Source: a virus
Direction: 5' to 3' (one strand)
Length of the DNA stretch: 64,000 nucleotides
IMG/VR virus record: IMGVR_UViG_3300046318_000165
Location: 26,752-90,751 of that record
The notes beneath the pieces were generated by a model. It was not told the origin of the DNA. It did no database searches and saw nothing but the letters and a program-made list of their open reading frames with translations. Each line of letters starts with the position of its first letter. Positions within the stretch are counted from its first letter, which is position 1. Of the stretch, positions 1 to 10,034 are shown piece by piece. A program made the position numbers and the translations under genes.

Positions 1-177
1 TTGGAGATACAATGTTCTTACACAAGTTTCCAAAGTCAGTTAATATAGTTAATTTTGGAGAACATTATGGACATAATCTTCCTAAAGATTTAAAAGATAG
101 AGGAGTTCTACAATCTTTTTTAAGTTTAGTTGCAGATCAAGATATATCTGAAATATATAAGTTTAGAGATTTGCACT

Positions 178-552
178 CTACTTATTAAAGATGTCCCAGG
201 TTTGCCAACTCTTGTCAATCGTGGCTGGATCTTTTGTGGGAATTCCGTATTTGCTATAAGCACGTCTTGCACCAGGATTATCATCAATGGCTAGAGATAC
301 CTTTGCATTAAGGCGAGAAGCTACTTCAGACTTGTGCTTGTTGGAGTCCCTAGTTCCATATGGATTCATAATCAAACGGCTGTAGTGGACTCCAGCAGCT
401 TGTAGTGCTGCTACTGTTCTTGCTCTTTGTGATTCTGGTCTACCAGTTACAATAACCTTTTCACCCTTCTGAGCATTAAGCCAATCAATGACATGCCTAA
501 TAGGCTGAGTTCCATTTCTTAGCAGGGTATCGTCAATGTCGCAAATAATCAT
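178..552 (-). CDS. HAD-superfamily phosphatase (PNKP/PseT phosphatase-domain-like)
   Basis: DIDDTL motif I, TGR motif II, conserved Lys and IDD motif IV; start moved to MIICDIDD. Confidence 0.8.
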   Translation of the reverse strand: MIICDIDDTLLRNGTQPIRHVIDWLNAQKGEKVIVTGRPESQRARTVAALQAAGVHYSRLIMNPYGTRDSNKHKSEVASRLNAKVSLAIDDNPGARRAYSKYGIPTKDPATIDKSWQTWDIFNK

Positions 553-666
553 TCGTAATCCTTTAAGTATTCGCAAACACTACAAGTGCCATTGCATTCT
601 TCACAGGTTGATGATTGTTCTTGTTTGCTCATACTATATTATACCACTTATGATATACTTGAATAT

Positions 667-852
667 ATGAATTGTTTAACATGTAATAATCCTATGGTAG
701 AGATTTGGTATGGTATTCCCACATGGGGAGAGATTGAGTTATCTAAAATGGAGCGTCTAGTTCTTGGCGGTCCAAAGAAAAAGGAATATACTCACTACTG
801 CTTTACTTGTCAAGAAACATATCCAGAAATAGAAGTGCCCTATCACGATTAG
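667..852 (+). CDS. small CxxC...CxxC zinc-ribbon protein, leaderless
   Basis: CLTC...IWYGIP...LGG...CFTC; TGATATACT extended -10 directly before the ATG. Confidence 0.6.
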   Translation: MNCLTCNNPMVEIWYGIPTWGEIELSKMERLVLGGPKKKEYTHYCFTCQETYPEIEVPYHD

Positions 853-1120
853 ACGTGACAGGGACACTGACATTTAATTTTGTCTGTTGGTGTTTCTACA
901 ATACAGTCTTTATGATAACCATCTGAGCACCAACCTAATTTAAATATCTTTGGCTTACTCAATATTATTGCTTGATCTATTTACTCCAGTAATATAGCCA
1001 TTCTTCCAGGCTTCTACTTCTTCTAGTGTAGGCTCTTTCTCAAGAGTACTAAACCAATTTTCCATATCAATCTTTGCCTTGCGTCTAAAGCTTGCAAGTA
1101 TACGCTCTTGCTTACGCTTA

Positions 1121-1315
1121 TCAGATCTTCCCATTGATAATATCCTTTACCTCTTGAATGTTTATTGACTTTCTATATTCCCCACCACTGGCAGCAGCTG
1201 CACGATTTAAAAGTATTTTGTTTAGCTCAATAACAATATCTCGTGCTAAGTCTTTTCTTCCCAGTTGATAGGATTTGTCTAAATATGCTTTAGCAGTTTG
1301 CTCTTCTATTTCCAT
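1121..1315 (-). CDS. hypothetical protein
   Basis: ORF; TTGACA (1350-1345) with GATAAT -10 just upstream. Confidence 0.55.
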   Translation of the reverse strand: MEIEEQTAKAYLDKSYQLGRKDLARDIVIELNKILLNRAAAASGGEYRKSINIQEVKDIINGKI

Positions 1316-1561
1316 GTATTAATTATCCCATAAAGTGTAGTCTATGTCAAGTATTGACAACCTATGATTTATAATGTACAATTTACTTATGAATAATTTT
1401 GAATCAAAGAATGTGCCAACATCTTATAAGCTGCTAATTGAAGGCAAGGAAGTTTCTGTGCCTGAAGATGAGTTTGCAATAGTAAGAATGTATCTTATTT
1501 CTAATCGGATTGAGTTCGAAATTTTAGAGGGCTGAAAGCTCGGCGGTAGGAATACCCATGC

Positions 1562-1590
1562 TTGACAAGCAAGCAAGTATCAAGTATAAT
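1562..1590 (+). promoter_or_regulatory. consensus housekeeping-sigma promoter
   Basis: TTGACA-N17-TATAAT, upstream of the RBS (AGGAG) of ORF 1622. Confidence 0.85.
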
Positions 1591-1621
1591 TAATATATAA
1601 GGTCCATTAAACAGGAGATGT

Positions 1622-2110
1622 ATGCAAACCTTTCTACCATATGCCAGTTTTACTAAGACTGCAGAAGTTCTAGACAACAAACGACTCAATAAGCAAATAC
1701 TTGAATGCTACCAAATTCTTAAGGTGCTATCTAGTGACGATCCTCATGCTGGATGGCGTAATCACCCTGCTGTAAAGATGTGGCGTGGTTTTGAGATGGG
1801 TCTATATCAGTATGCTATGGTTATGGTAGCAGAGGCTAACAGACGTGGCATCAAGACAGAGAACAATGTTCGTAATCTAGAAGAACTTAATGACAGAGCC
1901 TACATGGATTGGGGCTATGGTCTTCCTTTCTGGATGGACGACAAGAAGATTATGGCTAAGGTAACTACTACCCACAAAGCTAACCTATATCGTAAAGATA
2001 GCATTTATTATGCTGACTTCGTAAAGGCGGTAGTATCTAAGAACAACGAGCCTTGTTGCGAACGTTGTCAATACTACTGGGTAACACACAATACTAAGGA
2101 GACTGTATGA
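1622..2110 (+). CDS. pyrimidine-dimer DNA glycosylase family (DenV / MSMEG_6728-like)
   Basis: MQTFLPY...LDNKRLNKQILE...GWRNHPAVKMWRG...HKANL signature. Confidence 0.8.
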   Translation: MQTFLPYASFTKTAEVLDNKRLNKQILECYQILKVLSSDDPHAGWRNHPAVKMWRGFEMGLYQYAMVMVAEANRRGIKTENNVRNLEELNDRAYMDWGYGLPFWMDDKKIMAKVTTTHKANLYRKDSIYYADFVKAVVSKNNEPCCERCQYYWVTHNTKETV

Positions 2111-2343
2111 AAAGCAGTGAACGTATGAATGACTATACATATAGATTTAACGAATATACAATATCTATTGTTCTTAGTGACTATAGTCTTGTAAATGCCG
2201 AGGCAGTTGAGAGCAATCCATATATTCTAGAGTTTGCTAAGGATAATTTTTTAAAGCGACTACAGTCTCATGTAGCTAATATGACTACTGACGACCTTTA
2301 TGTAACTGCCCCACTTACTTATGGAGATGAAATAAATGATTAG
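2107..2343 (+). CDS. hypothetical protein
   Basis: ORF overlapping the upstream stop (ATGA), with RBS. Confidence 0.6.
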   Translation: MKSSERMNDYTYRFNEYTISIVLSDYSLVNAEAVESNPYILEFAKDNFLKRLQSHVANMTTDDLYVTAPLTYGDEIND

Positions 2344-2524
2344 TTATAGCAAGGCTGAAGCAGTTGGTAAGATTGTTATTGATTTTATTAATGCAGGGTA
2401 TCAGGTAAAGTTTGATGCCCCTGCTATTGGCAAAAGTGATGGACACTTTATACATTTTAGTGCTATCGATGAACTAAACAATACTAAGAATTTTGATATT
2501 TACGATTATATAAAGAAGGATTAA
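2336..2524 (+). CDS. hypothetical protein
   Basis: ORF coupled to its neighbours. Confidence 0.55.
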   Translation: MISYSKAEAVGKIVIDFINAGYQVKFDAPAIGKSDGHFIHFSAIDELNNTKNFDIYDYIKKD

Positions 2525-2525
2525 A

Positions 2526-2819
2526 ATGACTATTTATTATATAAAGCAAGACAATACCATATGGGGTTGTGGAGAACCAGGATGTTGCGGTGAATGGCAA
2601 GAAGAGATCGATGAATCATTTGTAGAATGTACCTGCTCTGATATCAAATATGATATGAATGAACATCTACAATCATGTGCTGGTGGCGGACCTGTTTTAA
2701 AATGGCGTGAAGCAAAACGTCTTGAGGCTTTAGCTTTTAACCGTGGTAAAGATGATGGTTCATCTGAGGGATGGTTCAATGGTATTCAGTATCAGAAAAG
2801 GCAGGGAGAGAACAAGTGA
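2526..2819 (+). CDS. Cys-rich hypothetical protein
   Basis: RBS AAGGA; ends in the GENK cassette tail. Confidence 0.6.
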   Translation: MTIYYIKQDNTIWGCGEPGCCGEWQEEIDESFVECTCSDIKYDMNEHLQSCAGGGPVLKWREAKRLEALAFNRGKDDGSSEGWFNGIQYQKRQGENK

Positions 2820-3076
2820 GCGATTACATTCCTAGAACTGCTGATGTTCGTGACGCTTATAGCAGTGAGAGCAGTGATGGCACTTATGCAAACCGAATGT
2901 TTGACGCTTGGTTGGCACGATACAAAGCCAAGGTTGTTGCCAAGACTGAGGAACGCATTATCAAACTGCTAGAAACGCATGTTCACGATGAAACTTGCTC
3001 AGAGGCTGATAGTTCTCGTGCATACCAAGCAGGGTTTGAACACGGCATCGCTCTTATCAAAGGAGAGAACAAGTGA
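2816..3076 (+). CDS. ERIIKLLE...IALIKGE cassette-family protein
   Basis: GTG start overlapping the upstream TGA; shares DNA repeats with the next ORFs. Confidence 0.65.
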   Translation: MSDYIPRTADVRDAYSSESSDGTYANRMFDAWLARYKAKVVAKTEERIIKLLETHVHDETCSEADSSRAYQAGFEHGIALIKGENK

Positions 3077-3264
3077 GTGAACCTTGTGTGCTATGTGCAG
3101 ATTACGAAGAAGGCGGAATGCTTGCAGAGCGTGAACGCATTATCAAACTGCTAGAAAAGCAATACGATAACAAAGATGAAAACGGCAAGTCTATTTATCA
3201 ACGCCACATGCCTGAGTGTTGTAACTGCGATGTTATCGCTCTTATCAAAGGAGGGAACGAGTGA
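3073..3264 (+). CDS. ERIIKLLE...IALIKG cassette-family protein
   Basis: same shared repeats; GTGA coupling. Confidence 0.65.
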   Translation: MSEPCVLCADYEEGGMLAERERIIKLLEKQYDNKDENGKSIYQRHMPECCNCDVIALIKGGNE

Positions 3265-3569
3265 GCGACTACCGCAGACTACGAGTTGCTGTTCCGCCAA
3301 AGCAACAGGGGATAGGTATTGCTAGCGACCTAGCAACTTCACCGATTGAATTTGAAGTAATTGAGTTTGAGCATTGGGATGGCGTGTGGCGTTGTGTTGA
3401 GTGCCAAGAGCCGTATGGCTATACCGAACCCACTGACCCACAAAACTTGCTCTTGCTACATCTAGACAACCACCGAGCCAATCAAAAAGAAAAGGCAGAC
3501 CAGAAGAAGATTCTTGCCATTCTGAACGAGGCTTACCGCCAAATCGCTCTTATCAAAGGAGAGCAATGA
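3261..3569 (+). CDS. IALIKGE cassette-family protein
   Basis: same 3' repeat; CxxC. Confidence 0.6.
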   Translation: MSDYRRLRVAVPPKQQGIGIASDLATSPIEFEVIEFEHWDGVWRCVECQEPYGYTEPTDPQNLLLLHLDNHRANQKEKADQKKILAILNEAYRQIALIKGEQ

Positions 3570-3796
3570 AGATATTTAAATGGCGATTACGTCTAATCCA
3601 AAAGGGATATGACTTAGGATGGAAGCATGGATACGAAGCTGGTATGAGCGAACATCACAAACAGATTGTGGATCTGCTCAACAAAAACATTGAAGATATT
3701 GACTGGGGTAAAGAAGAACCATTCAAGCTAAGAGAAGTAGTCCCATTGGTAAAACAATATAAAGCGGAGCTTGACCAAATAGGATGGAACAAATGA
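3566..3796 (+). CDS. hypothetical protein
   Basis: ORF coupled by ATGA overlap. Confidence 0.6.
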   Translation: MKIFKWRLRLIQKGYDLGWKHGYEAGMSEHHKQIVDLLNKNIEDIDWGKEEPFKLREVVPLVKQYKAELDQIGWNK

Positions 3797-3949
3797 TAAT
3801 CTGTAATGGTAATGACTCCACTTGGTTTATCGTAATAATGTCTATATGGGCAGTTATAGGAATATCACTAACATTTTTTAGGAAGTAATGGAAGAACCAG
3901 AAGAGCAACATCCACCAGAGAGATTCAGAGATAAGGCACAAGGAGAATA

Positions 3950-4231
3950 ATGAATATTGAAGTAAACATAGATGATCTTGATAACGATGCATATTTTCGG
4001 GGCATTGAGGCAGGAAAGCAAATGGAACGTGAACGTAATAAAGATATTTTACAAGAATTAGAAGTATTGTCTGAAATCATTATTAAGCATGAAGATAGAA
4101 TTGATGAATTAGAGATGATTGTAAAGCGATGGACCGAACATCAATCATTTCCACCAAAGATTGTGATTACACCAGCAACTAATGGACCAGATATGCGTAA
4201 GGTTTTTCCTTGGACAGGAATTTATAACTAA
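3950..4231 (+). CDS. hypothetical protein
   Basis: RBS AAGGAG; ERER motif. Confidence 0.6.
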   Translation: MNIEVNIDDLDNDAYFRGIEAGKQMERERNKDILQELEVLSEIIIKHEDRIDELEMIVKRWTEHQSFPPKIVITPATNGPDMRKVFPWTGIYN

Positions 4232-4494
4232 TGGCTAATCCAGATTATGTGCCAGAAACCAAAGTAGTACTGGCTAGTTATATCCATAGTAATTTTATTA
4301 CTCGTATGGGATTTGATAACACTAGTGATATCTATGCAGCAGAATTTGATCGTTGGCTAAATAAACTTAAAGCTGATATTTGGGCAGAAGGATTTGATGC
4401 TGGAGAGCGTGATGTTTGGGAACACCAACATGGTGAAGCAGATGAAAATTGGGATAAGGATTGTATTCCTAATCCATATAAGGAGAAACAATGA
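4231..4494 (+). CDS. hypothetical protein
   Basis: coupled ORF; AEFDRWL...WAEG...NPY pattern. Confidence 0.6.
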   Translation: MANPDYVPETKVVLASYIHSNFITRMGFDNTSDIYAAEFDRWLNKLKADIWAEGFDAGERDVWEHQHGEADENWDKDCIPNPYKEKQ

Positions 4495-4811
4495 GTTACC
4501 ATATAGTCTATGATCCAGTTACAGGAAAAATTATTGAGCAATATGAACAGGATGAAGTGAAAGAGCTAGATCAGTCACAAACTTTATATGAATTGGGTAT
4601 TATTCACGAACGTGAACGCATACTTAAACTTTGGAATGATTGGTGCGATTATTATGCTACTGTAACCATTGAAGAATTGTCTAAATCGGTTGCTGATGGA
4701 GAATGGAATTCAGAAACTTCCAGAGAGTATTTTATTAACCTTGTCAATAATAAAGTATTTATAACATCTGCTCAAACTGAGCAACTAGCAAATGACCTAT
4801 TTGAGGAATAA
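4491..4811 (+). CDS. hypothetical protein
   Basis: RBS AAGGAG; HERERILKL motif. Confidence 0.6.
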   Translation: MSYHIVYDPVTGKIIEQYEQDEVKELDQSQTLYELGIIHERERILKLWNDWCDYYATVTIEELSKSVADGEWNSETSREYFINLVNNKVFITSAQTEQLANDLFEE

Positions 4812-4813
4812 TA

Positions 4814-5221
4814 ATGACTCCACTAGAAGAAGAAATAGTTAAACTAACAAATATCTGGATGCGTTTTGTAGGACAAGATCATCACAAGGATAGAGATGTG
4901 CACTGGTATGTCCAACAATATTTTTCTTATGGAGAAGCACCTTATTTCCAGGCATGGCATCATGGGTATATTGCTAATGATTTCGAGGGTACAAAGTGTA
5001 CAACTCTTGAAGAAGCACAAGAAGAACTAAGAGATACACTCCTAGTAGAAATACACAAGGCTAAGATATGGGTTGGTCGTAATCTAGAAGAAATTAAAAA
5101 GCTAGAAGAAAGTGATAGTCAAGAACCTTTCTTTGGCAGCTCAGAAGAATATAAAAGAATGCTTTGGGCTTTGAATGGAGAGTTTGAAAAACTTTCGGGG
5201 AATTTAAATGAAGCTTTGTAA
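4814..5221 (+). CDS. hypothetical protein
   Basis: RBS GAGG; last long ORF of the rightward block. Confidence 0.6.
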   Translation: MTPLEEEIVKLTNIWMRFVGQDHHKDRDVHWYVQQYFSYGEAPYFQAWHHGYIANDFEGTKCTTLEEAQEELRDTLLVEIHKAKIWVGRNLEEIKKLEESDSQEPFFGSSEEYKRMLWALNGEFEKLSGNLNEAL

Positions 5222-5386
5222 TCCCTAGTATAAACAACTAATAGAAAGAATACCTATGTCAATAGATGATTTTAAATATATCCTATTTCCAGATAGGAAG
5301 TATGTCATTGGTGTTAATATAGAGGTTAGTGGACAAGACCTGATAACAGCTTATCTGGCATATACGAAAGACTAAATACCCTGGAC

Positions 5387-5588
5387 TTATCCACAAGTTA
5401 TACACAGGTTTATTCACAGATAGATCTTACTGATAATAGTTTTTAATAAGGATAAGAGAGATTTGAGATGTTTATATGTGTAATAATACACCATATCATA
5501 ACCCATTCGTAATGTCAAGCATTTTATTCCCATCTTAACCAAATTGTTATCATATATTTTTATGCACAAAATCCCTGATTTATCCACA
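5387..5588 (+). promoter_or_regulatory. DnaA-box cluster (5 boxes)
   Basis: TTATCCACA 5387, TTATACACA 5398, TTATTCACA 5410, TTATGCACA 5560, TTATCCACA 5580; all one orientation, in AT-rich non-coding DNA. Confidence 0.75.
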
Positions 5589-6026
5589 TATTTCTATATT
5601 TATTGAGAATAATTATCAATAATAATATAAAAACATATAGAAACTATAACAAAAACCCCATTTTCCTTATAAAAAGAATAGTTCTTTATAACCCTATAGT
5701 GTATTTGCTTATAGTTATACTAGGAACTAAGAATAATACCATATCAAAAACCAGGGAAAAATAAAGCTCTATCGTAATGTATTATTACCATAGGTATTTT
5801 ATATACTAGGGAGATTTGATACTACTTCGTAATACCCCTTCATAAAATCGGGGTATAGATAATCATTCATCGTAATATCCCTAGTATAAGATACAATAGT
5901 TACATAGGGAGATATACTACTTCTTGGGGATATATTTGTTATATCGTAATACCTGGCAAAATAAACAAGGATCGTAATCTATTTAAATGAATAAACTTTC
6001 TGGGAAATTTTGATCGCTATCGTAAT
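5506..6026 (+). repeat. WTCGTAAT motif cluster (7 copies)
   Basis: copies at 5506, 5771, 5826, 5869, 5943, 5971 and 6019. Confidence 0.75.
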
Positions 6027-6099
6027 AATGTTTAATAGGATTTGCTACAGGTGGGTCGGGCACTGCCCCCCTCCGCAATGGAGGGAGACAGTTATCCTA

Positions 6100-6378
6100 T
6101 TATGCTTCTTCTGCTGTTCCTAGTATCTCATCAAGATTATCAAATCCTGTATCAGTAACTTCAAGACCAGCGAGTAGCAACTCAAAAGTTTCCTCAATAA
6201 AACTTTCTGCTATTGGAGTTGGCTCTACAATCTTATTATCAAGGGCATAGGCTAGTGGCAATCCCAAATCATTGTATTCTAGGAAATCAGCAAACTCTTC
6301 GTCATTACGATAGTTTAGCCAAAGGTCAGCAAGAATACTTACCTTATTAGAAAAGGGGGTGGTGGTTGGCTCTGTCAT
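6100..6378 (-). CDS. acidic hypothetical protein
   Basis: ORF rich in Asp/Glu; last gene of the leftward block. Confidence 0.65.
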   Translation of the reverse strand: MTEPTTTPFSNKVSILADLWLNYRNDEEFADFLEYNDLGLPLAYALDNKIVEPTPIAESFIEETFELLLAGLEVTDTGFDNLDEILGTAEEA

Positions 6379-6556
6379 TCATTACTTCTTTCTCGTATTC
6401 TGCTGAACTAATAACAATGTCTAAACGGCGATAACTTACATTTGGTAATGACCTTGCTAAGTATCGCCCTACTAAGTCAAGGTCTATTGTTACATTGGAT
6501 AAAAGGTCTGATAACTTCTTGGCAATCTTTTCTTCTTCCGTTATTCTATGTCGCAT
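6347..6556 (-). CDS. hypothetical protein
   Basis: RBS AGGAG downstream of promoter 6584-6605. Confidence 0.65.
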   Translation of the reverse strand: MRHRITEEEKIAKKLSDLLSNVTIDLDLVGRYLARSLPNVSYRRLDIVISSAEYEKEVMNDRANHHPLF

Positions 6557-6615
6557 TGGTTACTCCTATTCAGTTGTATGTCTATTCTAGCATTACCCTC
6601 CGACAAATACAACCC

Positions 6616-6999
6616 CTAGAACAAAGTATTTATCCAACGGTAGTCGTCTATATCTTCTGGGACCGAATCAACATGCGGTAGTGAATCAAGAAGAGCTTTT
6701 ACCCTATCAGGAATAGTCTTAGCAATGTTACGGAATGAGTCCAGGGTTATAAAGAAATCATCTCCCCATTCCTTTTCAGGAAAGTCTGGTGCAAGCATCC
6801 TAGTCTCTGCTAGGGTTAGAGTAAAAGATTCAAGATAGGACCTTGTTGATACCCATTCTCCGTCTACCCTATACACTGAAGGCTGGATAGTAAAGACATC
6901 TGCCCATTCATTCTCACCAGTCTCTTCATTAGTGCCTAGGTCCCTATAGAAAACGTTGAGGTCATACTCTTTTTCAATCTGATCGGTTTTAGTTGTCAT
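6616..6999 (-). CDS. acidic hypothetical protein
   Basis: start moved to MTTKTDQ. Confidence 0.6.
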   Translation of the reverse strand: MTTKTDQIEKEYDLNVFYRDLGTNEETGENEWADVFTIQPSVYRVDGEWVSTRSYLESFTLTLAETRMLAPDFPEKEWGDDFFITLDSFRNIAKTIPDRVKALLDSLPHVDSVPEDIDDYRWINTLF

Positions 7000-7174
7000 A
7001 CCACTTCTCTCCTTCGTGTTCTTCACATTCACAACAGTTTACGCAATACCCCTCATCATAGGGGCAAGCAAATGTATCCATAATCCATTCGCCCTCATGG
7101 GTATACTCTTTACCACAATCAAGACAAATAATATTATTTAGTATGTCAGCCAACAATCTTTGCGTCCTCTCCAT
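6989..7174 (-). CDS. Cys-rich hypothetical protein
   Basis: multiple CxxC motifs. Confidence 0.5.
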   Translation of the reverse strand: MERTQRLLADILNNIICLDCGKEYTHEGEWIMDTFACPYDEGYCVNCCECEEHEGEKWYDN

Positions 7175-7574
7175 AAAATGCTTTTAGGTCTTCTACAGTG
7201 TCAATGGGGATATGGATATAGCCCTCACGCTCTTCACACTCATTACAGTATACAGGGTTGTCCCAGTCAAAGTCAAGAGTTTCTAGGCAATCACATTGAC
7301 GCTCTGCCCAAGTAGGGACTTCAATGTCTTCTTCCCAAGGAACATTGGTAATATAGTAATGAATACGATTGACATAGTGATAACCAGAAACAATGTAACT
7401 TCCCTCATCACCGTCTACTTCAGTCCAAATGTTATGCTCATCCTGTAGTTTGACATACTCCTTTTCGTCACCGTATGTTTCGTAGGGTAGTTCAAGACCA
7501 TTACTTTGATTCCTAAGATAATTAGGCATAGGCTGAAACTTCTCAACCCAAGCGTCATAAGTATAAATAGTCAT
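7146..7574 (-). CDS. acidic hypothetical protein
   Basis: ETYG.E...IWT.VDGD...GYHYVNR pattern. Confidence 0.65.
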   Translation of the reverse strand: MTIYTYDAWVEKFQPMPNYLRNQSNGLELPYETYGDEKEYVKLQDEHNIWTEVDGDEGSYIVSGYHYVNRIHYYITNVPWEEDIEVPTWAERQCDCLETLDFDWDNPVYCNECEEREGYIHIPIDTVEDLKAFYGEDAKIVG

Positions 7575-7886
7575 TAGTTATTTTCCAATCCTGCTACACC
7601 ATAGGGGTCAATGTGTTCTTGTAACTTATTATAAATAGCGTTGATAAAGATGTCATTATCTCTATAAGTTATTTCGGCAAGGTAGCCATTCAAAACTTCT
7701 AACTCAATTTCTGTTAGTTCAATAGTATAAGTATTCATTATCCCTCGCTAACTTCAACATAACAATCACTAATGATACTATCGGCAATATCTTCTACATC
7801 ATAGTCCTCACCAAAATCGGCATAGAACTCAATGTAGTGACCAGTTGGTGAATGAACAATAGTTATCTTCTTTTCCATCATTACTC

Positions 7887-8405
7887 CTAAAAGTGGAAAT
7901 CAACAGGGACAAGATACCAGTCTACACCCTCAGTGGGTAGTTTGTCAAGCATATGCTTAGTATTGGTAGAAGAATGTTCAGCGTCAAAATACTTTGAATT
8001 GAAATCCCAGTTACCCTGTAGCATATCAATTGCTTTACTCAGGGGGTATAGGTCAAAAGAATAATCAATATTTCCAGTATATATATCTAACTTATCTTTG
8101 ATAGAATCAAAATCAATACGACTAACATAATTCTTGAACTCATTTAGTCTAGACTCAATACACGAATCAATTTTCGCAGCAAATATTTCAGGGTCTTTAG
8201 CATAAGAGATAATCATATTAGAAGAAGAACTATAAGGGTCTTGCTCTGGGTTCCAACGACCGCCACCGATAACAAACCAATCATACCAAGATGAACCTGG
8301 GTTTAGTTCGTTATTTAGAAAACTCTCAACATACTCCATTGCTTCCTGCTCTGGGTCGTCTAGTCCGTCTTCTACCTTTATAGCAATCCATTGTAAAGTG
8401 TGCAT
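7887..8405 (-). CDS. hypothetical protein
   Basis: real start MHTLQW after RBS GAAAGGAA; WYDWFVIGGGRW...VPVDFHF. Confidence 0.7.
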   Translation of the reverse strand: MHTLQWIAIKVEDGLDDPEQEAMEYVESFLNNELNPGSSWYDWFVIGGGRWNPEQDPYSSSSNMIISYAKDPEIFAAKIDSCIESRLNEFKNYVSRIDFDSIKDKLDIYTGNIDYSFDLYPLSKAIDMLQGNWDFNSKYFDAEHSSTNTKHMLDKLPTEGVDWYLVPVDFHF

Positions 8406-8532
8406 TTGATTTCCTTTCGATGTTTCAAGTATACTGCCTACCACCGACATTCGTAAAACCTGGGAAAAAGCTGATCTATCGTAATTCTTTATTTGTGACT
8501 AATTATATTATGTAAGATAGGTCGGGCTTTCC

Positions 8533-8697
8533 CTACTCCTCCATTCTTTTCAAACTTGCTTTCAAAATCCCTAGCACGATTCTTGACGGTATCAAAGGCA
8601 AATCCTCATTCTTCAAAAACCCATCAATCATTCCATCAACTAGACTAATAGCATTGTCATAGCCCATAGTGTAGGACTTCAATTCATCATTGGTCAT
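8533..8697 (-). CDS. hypothetical protein
   Basis: RBS GGAG; start MTNDE. Confidence 0.5.
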   Translation of the reverse strand: MTNDELKSYTMGYDNAISLVDGMIDGFLKNEDLPLIPSRIVLGILKASLKRMEE

Positions 8698-9496
8698 TTC
8701 TTTGCTCCCAAGCAACCCATACAGAAAAACTTTAGTAATGCGTCAGCAGGGTTAGTGCTGGTAGTCTCACATTTGTCACACTTGTAAATAGTTTCTTTAT
8801 TCATTATCTTCCACCTCAAAATCCCATTGTGCGTTAGTTTCAAAATCTTCAAAGTCCTCAGCAATAAAGTCGTTTATCAACTCCAGAGCCTTTTCTCTAC
8901 TCTCTGCCTCAACAGGGACTTCATAGTATTTCATTAGTTTTGCTTGAACAAGATACTTATTCATCTTCTAGTTCCATTCCTGCTACTTCATACTCTTCCC
9001 AGAGATTTACGATTACTTCATTATCAATCTTTTCCAACTCACCCATCAGTGACCAGAACAGGGTTTGCCAGTTAGTATCATTCATCTTCTTCATCTTCCT
9101 CTAGGGCTTCAACCTCAATAGAATCAACTTCAGCAGTGTATGGATAGTTTTCATAGAGCCAGCCCATTTCCTCTGCTTCGGCTTCGCTGTCTGCCTCAAC
9201 TTCAAAATAGTATTCAACAGTGGTAGTAATAAAATACTTACTCATTGACCATAACCTTTCTTAGTTCATCATCACTTAGTCTATTTATTGTATCAAGACC
9301 CTCCGACATTATCAGGTCCAAAAGCCTACGGTATTCTTCAATCATTACTAACCGTGCTTTCTATAATAAGCATCGCAGGAAGACTTCTTGTGACCAATCT
9401 TTTTGGCGGAAGACTTCCAAACCCTTCCACATTCACGACAAGCATAAATGTCATACTCTTCACCCTTGTGCTTACGCACCTCAACATTTCGTTCCA

Positions 9497-9712
9497 TTAG
9501 TCCTCCTCTGAGTAGTAAAGTTCTAGTGGCACACCAATCATTCCTGCTACTGATTGATAAGCAGAAATAAGACCACTAAGATAATCGTGGAAACCATCCA
9601 AATCATTTTCATCATAACCTTTCAACTCTTCTTGATAGCCAGTGATTCTATCAACCAAGGCGGTAGCAAGAGATGTCATTGATACATAATCAGCATTAGG
9701 GTCAAGATTCAT
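9497..9712 (-). CDS. acidic hypothetical protein
   Basis: RBS GGAG. Confidence 0.6.
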   Translation of the reverse strand: MNLDPNADYVSMTSLATALVDRITGYQEELKGYDENDLDGFHDYLSGLISAYQSVAGMIGVPLELYYSEED

Positions 9713-10034
9713 TAGTTAGACTCTCCAAAGTATTCTATCCATAGGTCAGTATCCATAATGCCCTCACCATAAACCTCTTCAAGAGATTCTAGAGCATACT
9801 TGACACCATCAGTAAACGCTTCACCAATGGCTTCTTCATAAGTCTTTGACATTGCTTTCCTTTCGTTGATGTATTTAGTTTACACCCTACCACCGACATT
9901 TACAAGGAAAACCTGGGAAAAAATAGATCTATCATAATAGTTGTAAGTAGTTTAAATATACTATTTTGCTACAGCTGCCCGACCTGCCCCTGCCCCATAT
10001 TCCGTTATTGGAATACAGGGCAAGGACTAATGGC

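Larger units (their letters stand above)
2805..3569 (+). repeat. dispersed cassette-junction repeats
   Basis: GAACGCATTATCAAACTGCTAGAAA at 2951 and 3133; ATCGCTCTTATCAAAGGAG at 3047, 3235 and 3543; GGAGAGAACAAGTGAG at 2805 and 3062. Confidence 0.85.
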
